DNA of 64,000 nt from Alphaproteobacteria bacterium (GTDB lineage Bacteria; Pseudomonadota; Alphaproteobacteria; Rhodobacterales; Rhodobacteraceae): the NCBI GenBank assembly GCA_030427405.1, contig JAUHXK010000008.1, forward strand, positions 181,645-245,644, in the 5' to 3' direction. The notes under the pieces were generated by a model that saw only the letters and a program-made list of their open reading frames with translations, did not search any database and was not told the origin of the DNA. Each line of letters starts with the position of its first letter. The first letter of the stretch is position 1. The position numbers were made by a program, and so were the translations under genes. Below are positions 11,240 through 20,164 of this stretch, piece by piece.

Positions 11240-11692
11240 ATGAGCGCCATCCTCAGCACAGCGCGCAGGTATTGCGATCACCTGCATGGCGACCCCGCAG
11301 ATCACCTGAGCCTGACTTACGAAGACCGGTTCCTGCGGCGCAAGGTTCTGACCTGCGAAAGCGGCAGACAGATTCTGGTGGATTTGTCGCAGACCACATC
11401 TCTGGATCATGGCGGTGCGCTGGTTCTTGAGGATGGAGAGCAGGTCGAAATTCAGGCAGCGCCCGAAACCCTTCTGGAAATTACTGCCCCGGACCTGCCG
11501 CGTATTGCCTGGCATGTGGGCAACCGTCACACGCCCTGTCAGATTGAACCAACCCGGCTGTTGATCCAGGATGATCACGTCATTCGTGATATGCTGATCA
11601 AGATCGGCGCTGAGGTTCGCACGGTCCGCGAACCCTTTACGCCGGAAGGCGGGGCCTATGGCCATGGGCGCACGCATGGCCACGCACACTGA
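11240..11692 (+). CDS. ureE: Urease accessory protein UreE
   Basis: LTYEDRFLRR, AWHVGNRH, EPFTPEGGAYGHG and a His-containing tail. Confidence 0.93.
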   Translation: MSAILSTARRYCDHLHGDPADHLSLTYEDRFLRRKVLTCESGRQILVDLSQTTSLDHGGALVLEDGEQVEIQAAPETLLEITAPDLPRIAWHVGNRHTPCQIEPTRLLIQDDHVIRDMLIKIGAEVRTVREPFTPEGGAYGHGRTHGHAH

Positions 11693-12323
11693 CGTCCTGA
11701 CCCTTGCACAATGGTTTTCGCCTGCGTTTCCCGTGGGCGCATTCGCGTATTCGCACGGGCTGGAATGGGCCATCGACTCAGGTGATGTGGCCGATGCCGA
11801 CGCGACGCGCGAATGGGTGGAAACCGTGTTGCGTCACGGGGCCGGGTGGAATGACTGTATCCTGCTGGCTTGTGCCTATCGGGCGCAGGACACCGATGCG
11901 CTCACCTATGTGGACGCGACCGGCCGGGCCTTGGCATCCTCGCGCGAACGGCTGATCGAGACACAGTTGCAGGGTCAGGCGTTTTGCGATGCGGTTTCGC
12001 GGATATGGCCCCAAACGCTGGATGGGTTGATCTATCCGGTGGCCGTCGGCTGTGCCGCGCAGCGGGCCGGGTTGCCGCTGGAGCTGACGGCGCAGATGTT
12101 CCTGCAAGCCTTCCTGAGCAACCTGGCAGCGGCCGCGACACGCCTGGTGCCGCTGGGCCAGACCGAAGGGCAGACCATCATTCGGACGTTGACGCCGCTC
12201 TGTTCCGAGATTGCAACGGACGCGGTACAGGCGGGGCTGGGCGGGCTGAAATCCAGCGCGTTCCTGTCCGATATCGGTGCTATGAAGCACGAAACCCAAT
12301 ATTCAAGGATCTTCAAGACATGA
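11676..12323 (+). CDS. ureF: Urease accessory protein UreF
   Basis: [16 protein letters not shown] and C-terminal [11 protein letters not shown]. Confidence 0.93.
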   Translation: MATHTDVLTLAQWFSPAFPVGAFAYSHGLEWAIDSGDVADADATREWVETVLRHGAGWNDCILLACAYRAQDTDALTYVDATGRALASSRERLIETQLQGQAFCDAVSRIWPQTLDGLIYPVAVGCAAQRAGLPLELTAQMFLQAFLSNLAAAATRLVPLGQTEGQTIIRTLTPLCSEIATDAVQAGLGGLKSSAFLSDIGAMKHETQYSRIFKT

Positions 12324-12934
12324 CCAATATGAACGGCCCGCTGCGCGTAGGCATTGGCGGCCCGGTCGGCGCAGGCAAGACAACCCTGACCGCCGCCCTG
12401 TCCGAAGCGCTGCGCGACAGGCATTCGGTTGGCGTCATAACCAATGACATCTACACTCAGGAAGACGCAGAGGCGCTCATGCGCCTTCAGGTTCTGCCGC
12501 AAGATCGCATTATCGGGGTCGAAACGGGCGGCTGTCCGCATACGGCCATCCGCGAAGACGCATCCATCAATCTTGCCGCCGTGGCCGAAATGTGCACGCG
12601 CCATCCCGATGTTGAGATCGTCCTGATCGAAAGCGGCGGTGACAATCTTTCGGCGACGTTCAGCCCGGAACTGGCCGATCTGACGCTATACGTCATCGAC
12701 GTCGCCGCCGGAGAGGAAATCCCCCGCAAAGGTGGCCCGGCAATCACCAAGTCGGACGTTCTGATCATCAACAAGACCGATCTTGCGCCGCATGTCGGGG
12801 CCTCGCTTGAGGTCATGGACCGGGATGCCCAGAAAATGCGGAACGGTCGCCCATTCGTCTTTACCGCGCTGCGGCACCGGCAAGGGGTGGATCAGGTTGT
12901 TGACCTGATCCGCCAGATTGGTGGTTTGCAGTAG
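12320..12934 (+). CDS. ureG: Urease accessory GTPase UreG
   Basis: [21 protein letters not shown] and NKTD; ATG at 12320 overlaps the ureF stop. Confidence 0.97.
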   Translation: MTNMNGPLRVGIGGPVGAGKTTLTAALSEALRDRHSVGVITNDIYTQEDAEALMRLQVLPQDRIIGVETGGCPHTAIREDASINLAAVAEMCTRHPDVEIVLIESGGDNLSATFSPELADLTLYVIDVAAGEEIPRKGGPAITKSDVLIINKTDLAPHVGASLEVMDRDAQKMRNGRPFVFTALRHRQGVDQVVDLIRQIGGLQ

Positions 12935-12944
12935 CGGCCGAAGG

Positions 12945-14027
12945 TCAGGGGTTGACCCGATAGGTAAAAGCGTCGGTCCGGTCGTTCGGCTGATCCAGAA
13001 GCGCGCGCGTCACCTGCGCGTGCAGCGGTGATTTCCGGCAGATCGGGTCCGTCGCCCCCGCATCGCCCGCAAGGGCCAGCGCCTGGCACCGGCAGCCGCC
13101 AAAGTCGATCTCTTTGCGTTCGCAGCTTTGACAGGGATCAGGCAACCAGTCGGTTCCGCGATAGGCGTTGAACGCAGGGCTGTCGTTCCAGATGTCGGCC
13201 AGCGCATGGTCCCGGATATTCTGGAACTCAAGATGCGGGATAGTCTCGGCCGCGTGGCAGGGCAGGACCGTTCCGTCCGGTGTCACGTTCAGCCCGGTCG
13301 ACCCCCAGCCGTTCATGCAGGCCTTGGGGTAATCAGCGTAGTAATCCGGTGGTACAAAGTCAAAGGCCAGGACGCCCTGCAAACGCCGCGCGGCTTCGGC
13401 AACTGTTGCCTTGACCGCCTGCGTCTGCTCGCGTGTCGGCAGCAACGCGGCCCGGTTGCCCAGGGCCCAACCGTGGAATTGAACACAAGCAACCTCAAGC
13501 CGGCGGGCCCCAAGCTCGACCGCGATTTCAATCGTCCGGTCCAGGTCGTCCAGGTTTTGGCGGTGCATAACCGCGTTGAGTGTCAGCGGGATGCCGCGGG
13601 CCTTGATCTCTTGGGCGACGGCCATCTTGCGGTCAAACCCACCGCGATAGCCACCAATCCGGTCGGCCAGGGCGGCATTGGTGCCCTGCAGGGACAGTTG
13701 GATATGGTCCAACCCCTCGGCTTCGAGCTGATCCAGACGGCGCGACGTCAGGCCAATGCCCGAGGTGATCAGGTTGGTGTAAAGCCCGGCTTCCGAGGCG
13801 CCGCGGGTTAGGTCTTCGAGGTCGCGCCGCGCTGCGGGCTCGCCCCCGGACAGGTGAACCTGCAGGACGCCAAGCTCGGCCGCCTGCCGGAACGCTTTGA
13901 TCCATGTATCGGTATCCAGTTCCGCGTTCTTGCGCACCAGCTCGGTCGGGTTGCTGCAATATGGGCAACTGAGAGGGCACCGATGCGTCAGCTCGGCAAG
14001 CATCGCGATGGGCGGTTGCACGGTCAT
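12945..14027 (-). CDS. pqqE: PQQ biosynthesis radical SAM enzyme
   Basis: [16 protein letters not shown] and SPASM cysteines ([24 protein letters not shown]). Confidence 0.96.
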   Translation of the reverse strand: MTVQPPIAMLAELTHRCPLSCPYCSNPTELVRKNAELDTDTWIKAFRQAAELGVLQVHLSGGEPAARRDLEDLTRGASEAGLYTNLITSGIGLTSRRLDQLEAEGLDHIQLSLQGTNAALADRIGGYRGGFDRKMAVAQEIKARGIPLTLNAVMHRQNLDDLDRTIEIAVELGARRLEVACVQFHGWALGNRAALLPTREQTQAVKATVAEAARRLQGVLAFDFVPPDYYADYPKACMNGWGSTGLNVTPDGTVLPCHAAETIPHLEFQNIRDHALADIWNDSPAFNAYRGTDWLPDPCQSCERKEIDFGGCRCQALALAGDAGATDPICRKSPLHAQVTRALLDQPNDRTDAFTYRVNP

Positions 14028-14311
14028 TGCCGCACCATCAGGTACAGCCGCGCGCGCAGCGTGCCAAGAAAGCGCTGCACGTCGGCCTCGATTTGATCGG
14101 GGGGCGCGTCATATGCCGCGGCCAGGTCGGTTACGATCTGGTTCATGCTCGACTGCCCATCGACGCGTGACAGGATGGCCACGCCGGGTTCGTCCAGTTC
14201 CAGAACTTTCTCGGGGGCCAGCAAAACTGTCCGGCCGCGCACCTTGTCGGCATGTACCCGAACGCCGCGCGGCAAATAGGGGCGATCTTCGGGTTTCAGG
14301 CCGACTGTCAT
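14024..14311 (-). CDS. pqqD: PQQ precursor chaperone
   Basis: LPRGVR...VLLAPE...ILSRVDG RRE-type fold; lies between pqqC and pqqE. Confidence 0.92.
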   Translation of the reverse strand: MTVGLKPEDRPYLPRGVRVHADKVRGRTVLLAPEKVLELDEPGVAILSRVDGQSSMNQIVTDLAAAYDAPPDQIEADVQRFLGTLRARLYLMVRQ

Positions 14312-15036
14312 AGCATTCCTTCCCCCGGACGCCATGCGCCCGGTGGAATGCGGCCGGGTTCGACATAAGCGCCCCACAACGCGTCTAGCTGGGCCCACAA
14401 CACGTTGGTTTTGAAGATCAGGGCATCACAGGCCATGTCTTCTTTTTCCGCGTTGTCAGCGTGATCCAGCACCCATTTCAGCCCGAACGCGACGTCTTTT
14501 GGGGCCTCGGTCAGGCGTTTGCGGAAATACGAAAGGCTGTCGGGATTGGCGAAATCGTAATGCTCTAGCAGCCCTTCGATGCGCTGTTCGTGAATCTTTG
14601 GGGCAAATAGCTCGGTCAGCGATGATGCGACGGCCTGCAACAAGGGGCGGTCGCGGACATAGTGGATATAGGCATCCACGGCGAATTGCGTCGCCGGCAG
14701 CACGCCACGACCCGAGGCGACATAATCCGGGTCCAGCCCGACGGCCTCGGCCAGTTTCAGCCATCGCCGGATGCCACCGCCTTGGTCGATGCCGCCGTCG
14801 TGGTCCTCGATCCGTGATCGCCACTCGCGCCGCATGTCGGGGTCAGTGCAGCGCGACAGGAACGCCGCGTCTTTCATCGGGATGGCCGCCTGATAGGCCC
14901 AGCGGTTGATGACCCAGGCCCGAACCTGGTCGGGGCTGCATTTGCCGCTGTGCAACTGGTGATGAAAGGGGTGTTTGTCGTGATAGCGTTCAGCGCCGAT
15001 CTGGCGCAGGCGGCGCTCCAATGTCTCCCGGCTCAT
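14308..15036 (-). CDS. pqqC: Pyrroloquinoline-quinone synthase
   Basis: [21 protein letters not shown] and LTELFAP. Confidence 0.96.
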   Translation of the reverse strand: MSRETLERRLRQIGAERYHDKHPFHHQLHSGKCSPDQVRAWVINRWAYQAAIPMKDAAFLSRCTDPDMRREWRSRIEDHDGGIDQGGGIRRWLKLAEAVGLDPDYVASGRGVLPATQFAVDAYIHYVRDRPLLQAVASSLTELFAPKIHEQRIEGLLEHYDFANPDSLSYFRKRLTEAPKDVAFGLKWVLDHADNAEKEDMACDALIFKTNVLWAQLDALWGAYVEPGRIPPGAWRPGEGML

Positions 15037-15920
15037 GCCACGATCTCCTGCCCGTCCCGAGCAATGCGCCACCCGGCGTCCAGAACAAAGGCATGTTCCG
15101 GCCCGTCAGGTTGCAGGATCGGGTTCGTGTTGTTGATATGAATAAAGACCTTGGCCGCATCCACCCCGGCCAGCATGGCAACAGATCCGTCCGGGCCGCT
15201 GACGGGGATGTGCCCCATTCGACGCCCGGTCTTGATCCCGGTGCCCGAGCGGATCATCTCGTCATCGTCCCACAACGTGCCGTCAAAGAACAACAGATCG
15301 GCATCTGCAAATTGGGCCAGCAAAGTGTCAGTCACCTGTGCGCATCCGGGAACGTAATAGGCGACCTTGCCGGAACCGGCCAGACGAACGCCCACGGTCT
15401 GTTCGCCGATCAGATCGGTTTGGACAGTCTCGCCTTCCATGAACAGCGGGACTTTGCCGGGCACGGCAAAGATACGGGCGCTCAACCCGTCCTGCAGCGT
15501 GAAATCGGTGTCCAGCGCAATCGGATTGCGCCCCACCTTATCGCGGCTCAGCGCGTCAAAGACCCGATTTGCTGATAACACGTCCAGGATGTCTTGGGTT
15601 GCAAACAGGGTAAACGGTGTCTGTTCGCGCAGGCTGAGCAACCCTGCGATATGGTCGATATCACCGTTGGTCAAAAGCACCGACTGCACCGGCGTATCGC
15701 GCAGGGCGCGCGGGTGCAGCTGCGTGTTGTCCAGCATTTGTTGGCGAATATCAGGGGATGCGTTCAGAACACTCCAGTGTTCGCCGTCAACCGATACGGC
15801 CAACGACGATTGGCCGGAAGGCGGGATCACGCCTTTGCGCGCATCCTCGCAATTCCGGCAGCCACAATTCCATTGTGGCAACCCACCGCCCGCAGAAGCC
15901 CCTAGAACCAGAAAATGCAC
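15033..15920 (-). CDS. pqqB: PQQ biosynthesis protein PqqB
   Basis: LGASAGGGLPQWNCGCRNC, NASPDIR, DIDHIAGL and HINNTNP; GTG start. Confidence 0.95.
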   Translation of the reverse strand: MHFLVLGASAGGGLPQWNCGCRNCEDARKGVIPPSGQSSLAVSVDGEHWSVLNASPDIRQQMLDNTQLHPRALRDTPVQSVLLTNGDIDHIAGLLSLREQTPFTLFATQDILDVLSANRVFDALSRDKVGRNPIALDTDFTLQDGLSARIFAVPGKVPLFMEGETVQTDLIGEQTVGVRLAGSGKVAYYVPGCAQVTDTLLAQFADADLLFFDGTLWDDDEMIRSGTGIKTGRRMGHIPVSGPDGSVAMLAGVDAAKVFIHINNTNPILQPDGPEHAFVLDAGWRIARDGQEIVA

Positions 15921-15948
15921 GTTGGGCCTCCGCTAGGTCAGGGGGGGG

Positions 15949-16056
15949 TCAGAACAGGTCGCGGTCCTGTTCGCGTCCTTCGTCCTCGGATGGAGAATAC
16001 ATGTTGATTTCCATACCGCAGTTAACTTCTTTGAGTTTAGGTGCGCTCCAAGCCAT
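15949..16056 (-). CDS. pqqA: PQQ precursor peptide PqqA (35 aa)
   Basis: MAWSAPKLKEVNCGMEINMYSPSEDEGREQDRDLF with E-x3-Y; GGAGG upstream; not in the ORF track. Confidence 0.93.
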   Translation of the reverse strand: MAWSAPKLKEVNCGMEINMYSPSEDEGREQDRDLF

Positions 16057-16123
16057 TAAGACCTCCCGTGGCTGCGTGGTGTTTGTGAAAAGCTACTATT
16101 GGTTCCGGTTTTCGGAAATGCTG

Positions 16124-16135
16124 CTTTGGTCGTAT
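16124..16135 (-). promoter_or_regulatory. Putative response-regulator box upstream of pqqA, shared with the NosR-like gene
   Basis: + strand CTTTGGTCGTAT; matches boxes at 57296, 58434 and 59094. Confidence 0.6.
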
Positions 16136-16254
16136 CCGACCGCGGGTCGGGATTGGTGGCCGCGATACCGCGCGCGGAAATGTGAACGGATTGCGCCGCG
16201 CGCTAGGACTTTCGTCGAATGTTGCTTGGCACTTGCGCTTTATAGTCTCCGTCC

Positions 16255-18333
16255 ATGCGCGCATTTCTTGTGATGATCACGGTTCTTGTCGTCCGCGTTC
16301 TGGTCAGCCCGGGCGCATCGGCTGATCCCTTGCCGCGTGAACAGTTGGAACCCTATGTTCGCGCGCCTTTTTCCCTGGGCGAGCGCCTGAGTGACAATGG
16401 CGTCTACGCGCTGCTGAACTCGGGCGGGAGCGAGGCCGGATACGTCTTTGAAACCGAACCGCTTGCCCCGCTTCCGGGGTTTTCCGGGGCACCGATCAAC
16501 ATGCTGGTGGTTCTGGACCTCGAGGGTCGGTTCATGGATGTCCAACTGATCGCGCATAACGAGCCGATCTTTGTGTCCGGGCTGGGCGAGGCGCCGTTTT
16601 ACAAGTTTTTCGAACAATATGGCGGTTTGTCGATATCCGATTCCATTGTGGTGGGAACGCCCTATGGCGACGGCGCATCAGGGTCGTCGCTGGTCTATCT
16701 TGACGGCGTAACCAAGGCCACGGCCAGCGTGCGAATAGCCCATGAATCGGTGATGGGCGCGGCGCTCGCTGTCGCACGCGAAAAGATGCAGGGTCTGGCC
16801 ACTACTCCGCCTGCTTTTCCCGATCCCGATCACGAAGAGGCACTGACATGGGACGATCTGGCTTCGCAGGGCATTGCAACCCGCAAGACGGTAAGCAATG
16901 CGCAGGTCGATGCCCTGTTTTCCGGGACGCTCTGGGCAGAGGATGATCCCGAGGCAAATGAGTTTCCGGATGAGGCTTTCCTTGACCTGTGGATCGTCGA
17001 TCTGGGGCCAAAGTCAATTGCGCGGGCCGTTCTGGCCGAAGATACGTTCGATGAACTTCAGCGTTTTCTGGCAATCTCGGATAATGATGAGCCGATCCTG
17101 CTGATCGAATCTGCGCGTCACGGTTTGGTCAGCGACGACTTTGTCCGCAACACAGCGCCGGATTGGATTTCGGCGGAACAGGACGGGTTTCCCATTGCGT
17201 TGCGGGATGCCGACCTGTTTGTCGAACTGGTCCCCGACGCGCCCGAGGGGGCTGCCATGATCCTGCGGACGGATCGCAGGCTGGGGTTCGACCCGTCGCG
17301 CCCCTGGACGCTCAAGGTGCTTGCGGTGCGAGAGCACGGGATGTTCCAGCCCGAGATTGGCTCGGTAACGTTGGAAAGCCAGCATCAAACGCCGCCGCGC
17401 TTCTTTCTGCAACCGGTTCAGCATGTGCCTGTGCCGCCGTGGCGCGAGGCTTTGCGCAATCGTCAGGCGGACCTTGTCTGGCTTGGCGTTTTTCTGGTCG
17501 GTTTGGTCCCGGTGCTTGCATTTGGCATGAACAGGCTTGCAGGCGCGCGCTTATTCACACCCATTCGTCTGGGTGTTCTGGCGGTGGTCGTCGGTTTTGT
17601 CGGCTGGTGGGGGCAGGGGCAATTGTCGATCGTGACGGTTTTGGGCGTGATCCGCACCGCCACCGAAGGCGGCAGCTTTGCCTTTCTTGTGTATGACCCG
17701 TTTTCGCTGGCGGTCTGGGCCGTGGCGATCCTGGGCTTCGTGGCCTGGGGCCGGGGCCTGTTCTGTGGCTGGCTGTGCCCCTTTGGCGCCTTGCAGGAAT
17801 TTGCGCACCATCTGGGGCGCGCTCTGCGCATACCGCAAGTCGAGCCTTCGCCGAAATGGGACAGGCGGTTGAAATGGCTGAAATATATTGTATTGGCCGC
17901 GCTTGTGATCACCGTGTTCGTGGCGCCGGATCAGGTCGACAAGGCGGCCGAGGTCGAACCTTTCAAAACCGCGATTACCACCTATTTCCTGCGCGAATGG
18001 TACTATGTCGCCTATGCGGTTTTCTGGATCGTGGCGGCGATGGTCCTGTTCAAGGGCTTCTGCCGCTATCTGTGTCCTTTGGGCGCCTTCATGGCCATCG
18101 GAGGGTTGCTGCGCGGGCGCGACTGGATTGCACGACGGGCAGAATGCGGATCGCCCTGTCAACTCTGCCGCGTCAAATGCAAATATGGCGCCATCGAGCG
18201 CCAAGGGAAAATACGGTATGACGAGTGTTTTCAATGTCTGGATTGCGTCACCATCCACGATGATCCGCAGCAATGTGTCCCGCTGATCCTGTCCCGCCGC
18301 AAGGGCACCCGCGACGCGGTGGCGGCACAATGA
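16255..18333 (+). CDS. NosR/NirI-like membrane protein (periplasmic FMN-binding domain, TM helices, 4Fe-4S domain)
   Basis: GFSGAPINMLV, DGVTKAT flavinylation-like site, FCGWLCPFG and FCRYLCPLG, CGSPCQLCRVKC and CFQCLDC. Confidence 0.85.
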   Translation: MRAFLVMITVLVVRVLVSPGASADPLPREQLEPYVRAPFSLGERLSDNGVYALLNSGGSEAGYVFETEPLAPLPGFSGAPINMLVVLDLEGRFMDVQLIAHNEPIFVSGLGEAPFYKFFEQYGGLSISDSIVVGTPYGDGASGSSLVYLDGVTKATASVRIAHESVMGAALAVAREKMQGLATTPPAFPDPDHEEALTWDDLASQGIATRKTVSNAQVDALFSGTLWAEDDPEANEFPDEAFLDLWIVDLGPKSIARAVLAEDTFDELQRFLAISDNDEPILLIESARHGLVSDDFVRNTAPDWISAEQDGFPIALRDADLFVELVPDAPEGAAMILRTDRRLGFDPSRPWTLKVLAVREHGMFQPEIGSVTLESQHQTPPRFFLQPVQHVPVPPWREALRNRQADLVWLGVFLVGLVPVLAFGMNRLAGARLFTPIRLGVLAVVVGFVGWWGQGQLSIVTVLGVIRTATEGGSFAFLVYDPFSLAVWAVAILGFVAWGRGLFCGWLCPFGALQEFAHHLGRALRIPQVEPSPKWDRRLKWLKYIVLAALVITVFVAPDQVDKAAEVEPFKTAITTYFLREWYYVAYAVFWIVAAMVLFKGFCRYLCPLGAFMAIGGLLRGRDWIARRAECGSPCQLCRVKCKYGAIERQGKIRYDECFQCLDCVTIHDDPQQCVPLILSRRKGTRDAVAAQ

Positions 18334-19220
18334 TTACCCGGCGGCGGTTTCTGGCCATATCTGCCGCGAGCCTGGCCAGCCCCGCACGGGCGACACCCTT
18401 TCGATGGCGGGGACACGCCTTGGGGGCCGAGGTCAGCCTGACGCTGGATGCAGACATTTCCCAGGCGCGCACCGTGATGACGCAGGTCAGGAACGCTTTG
18501 GCCGAATGTGAAAACCTGTTCAGCCTCTACCGGCCTCACTCCGCTTTGTCCCGGTTGAACCGGGATGGGTTTGTCGCGGCGCCGGACGCCCGGTTTTATC
18601 GCCTCTTGCGTCACTGTGATCATATGCATGCCGTGACCGGGGGGCGGTTCGATCCTACGGTTCACACCCTTTGGACGGCACATGCCCGGGGGCAGGATAC
18701 CGCAGCCGCCCGGATGGCGGTCGGCTGGTCCCGTGTTGGCCTGGACCGGGGCCGTATCTCACTTGGCAAGGGGCAGGGGCTGACGCTCAACGGAATTGCC
18801 CAAGGCTTTGCAACGGACTGGGTTGCGGGCCTCCTGCACGAGGCCGGGCTGAAGAACATACTGGTGAATATCGGCGAGTTTCACGCCGGTGGCAGATACT
18901 GGACACTCGGCATTTCCGACCCTGAACGTGGGCTTATTGCCACGCGAAAATTAAAGGACCGGGCCGTCGCAACATCCAGCCCCGGCGCGATGCTGCTGGC
19001 CGATGGCCAGTCGCATATCGTGAACACGATCGGCACTCGAAACCCGGTCTGGTCGACTGTCAGCGTCGAGGCGACCGACGCGACCACAGCCGACGCACTT
19101 TCCACCGCATTTTGCCACGCAACACCAAATGAGATCGCGGCAATGCTCAAACGCACACCCGGCAATCCTGTCGCGATTTGTGTTCCAACCAAGGGTGCGA
19201 TCCAAACTATTTTCGGCTAA
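18330..19220 (+). CDS. apbE: FAD:protein FMN transferase (ApbE/NosX family), Tat-exported
   Basis: MITRRRFL Tat signal; FDPTV, LNGIAQG, LVNIGE, AVATS and ADALSTA; ATGA overlap with the NosR-like gene. Confidence 0.88.
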   Translation: MITRRRFLAISAASLASPARATPFRWRGHALGAEVSLTLDADISQARTVMTQVRNALAECENLFSLYRPHSALSRLNRDGFVAAPDARFYRLLRHCDHMHAVTGGRFDPTVHTLWTAHARGQDTAAARMAVGWSRVGLDRGRISLGKGQGLTLNGIAQGFATDWVAGLLHEAGLKNILVNIGEFHAGGRYWTLGISDPERGLIATRKLKDRAVATSSPGAMLLADGQSHIVNTIGTRNPVWSTVSVEATDATTADALSTAFCHATPNEIAAMLKRTPGNPVAICVPTKGAIQTIFG

Positions 19221-19227
19221 GGAAAAA

Positions 19228-19251
19228 CCCCGGGGAATGTCTTCCCCGGGG
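19228..19251. terminator. Hairpin between convergent apbE and coxM-like genes
   Basis: CCCCGGGGAA-TGTC-TTCCCCGGGG, perfect 10-bp stem, preceded by an A-tract. Confidence 0.7.
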
Positions 19252-19278
19252 CTATTGGCTTTGGTCCGTCTTCCTTGT

Positions 19279-20070
19279 CTACAGGCTCGCCATTACGGCG
19301 CGTTTTGTCATGACGCTGACGAGATGTGCGCGGTATGCTTTGCTGCCATGCAGGTCGGCGATCATGTTTGCGGGGTTTATGCTGAGGCCGGTCAGGGCGT
19401 CGGGGCGGAATTCCTTGTTCAGGGCGGCCTCCGCCTCTGTCCAGCGGAACACGCCGTCTTCGCTGGCGCCGGTGACGGCCACACGTACGCCGTCGGCGAA
19501 CCGCGCCACGTAGACACCCACCAGTGCAAAGCGGGACGCGGGCTGCAGGAACTTCTGATAGCTCGCCGCCTGCGGCACCGGAAACCGGACCGAGGTGATG
19601 ATCTCGCCCTCTTCCAGCACGGTGGCGAACATGCCTTCGAAAAAGTCATCCGCCGCAACCTGCCGGGTATTGGTCACGATCGTGGCCCCCGAGCCCAGCA
19701 CACCCGCCGGATAGCAGGCCGCCGGATCATTGTTGGCCACCGACCCGCCAATGGTGCCGCGATTGCGCACCGCCGGGTCACCGATCTGACCGGCCAGCGC
19801 CGCCAGCGCCGGATACGATCCTGCCGCCTCGGCGGCCACGATGGCATGGGGCGTTGCCCCGCCGATGACCAGCGCCCCGTCATCCTCGACACAGACGCCC
19901 CGCATCTCGGCAATCCCGCTCAGCGACACCAGGACCGACGGCGCCGCCAGCCGCTGCTTCAGCGTCGGGATCAGGGTCTGCCCCCCACCCAGCGCCTGCG
20001 CATCTTCGGCCCCCAACGCAGCAACCGCATCGGCAATACTCGAGGGCTTTTCAAAATCGAAACTGTACAT
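19279..20070 (-). CDS. coxM: Xanthine dehydrogenase family FAD subunit (CoxM-like)
   Basis: LGGGQTLIP, IGDPAVRNRGTIGGS, NNDPAA and ASRFALVG. Confidence 0.85.
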   Translation of the reverse strand: MYSFDFEKPSSIADAVAALGAEDAQALGGGQTLIPTLKQRLAAPSVLVSLSGIAEMRGVCVEDDGALVIGGATPHAIVAAEAAGSYPALAALAGQIGDPAVRNRGTIGGSVANNDPAACYPAGVLGSGATIVTNTRQVAADDFFEGMFATVLEEGEIITSVRFPVPQAASYQKFLQPASRFALVGVYVARFADGVRVAVTGASEDGVFRWTEAEAALNKEFRPDALTGLSINPANMIADLHGSKAYRAHLVSVMTKRAVMASL

Positions 20071-20104
20071 TTCGTCTTCCTTTCCGAAAGGCGCGGATCC
20101 GCCC

Positions 20105-20150
20105 TTCATCTGGCTATAAATATCCCGGGGGTCTGGGGGCAGAGCCCCCA
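20105..20150 (+). repeat. 46-bp REP-like intergenic element, copy 1
   Basis: TTCATCTGGCTATAAATATCCCGGGGGTCTGGGGGCAGAGCCCCCA; 36/46 identical, ungapped, to the reverse complement of 27290-27335. Confidence 0.75.
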
Positions 20151-20164
20151 GCCGCACCAACCTC

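Noticed and set aside
10857-11243. 128-aa ORF spanning the ureC-ureE gap
   Set aside because: Out of frame with the better supported 74-aa DUF1127-like gene; no clear RBS or motif.
16255-19220. Nitrous oxide reduction (nos) operon
   Set aside because: No nosZ, nosD, nosF, nosY or nosL in the window.
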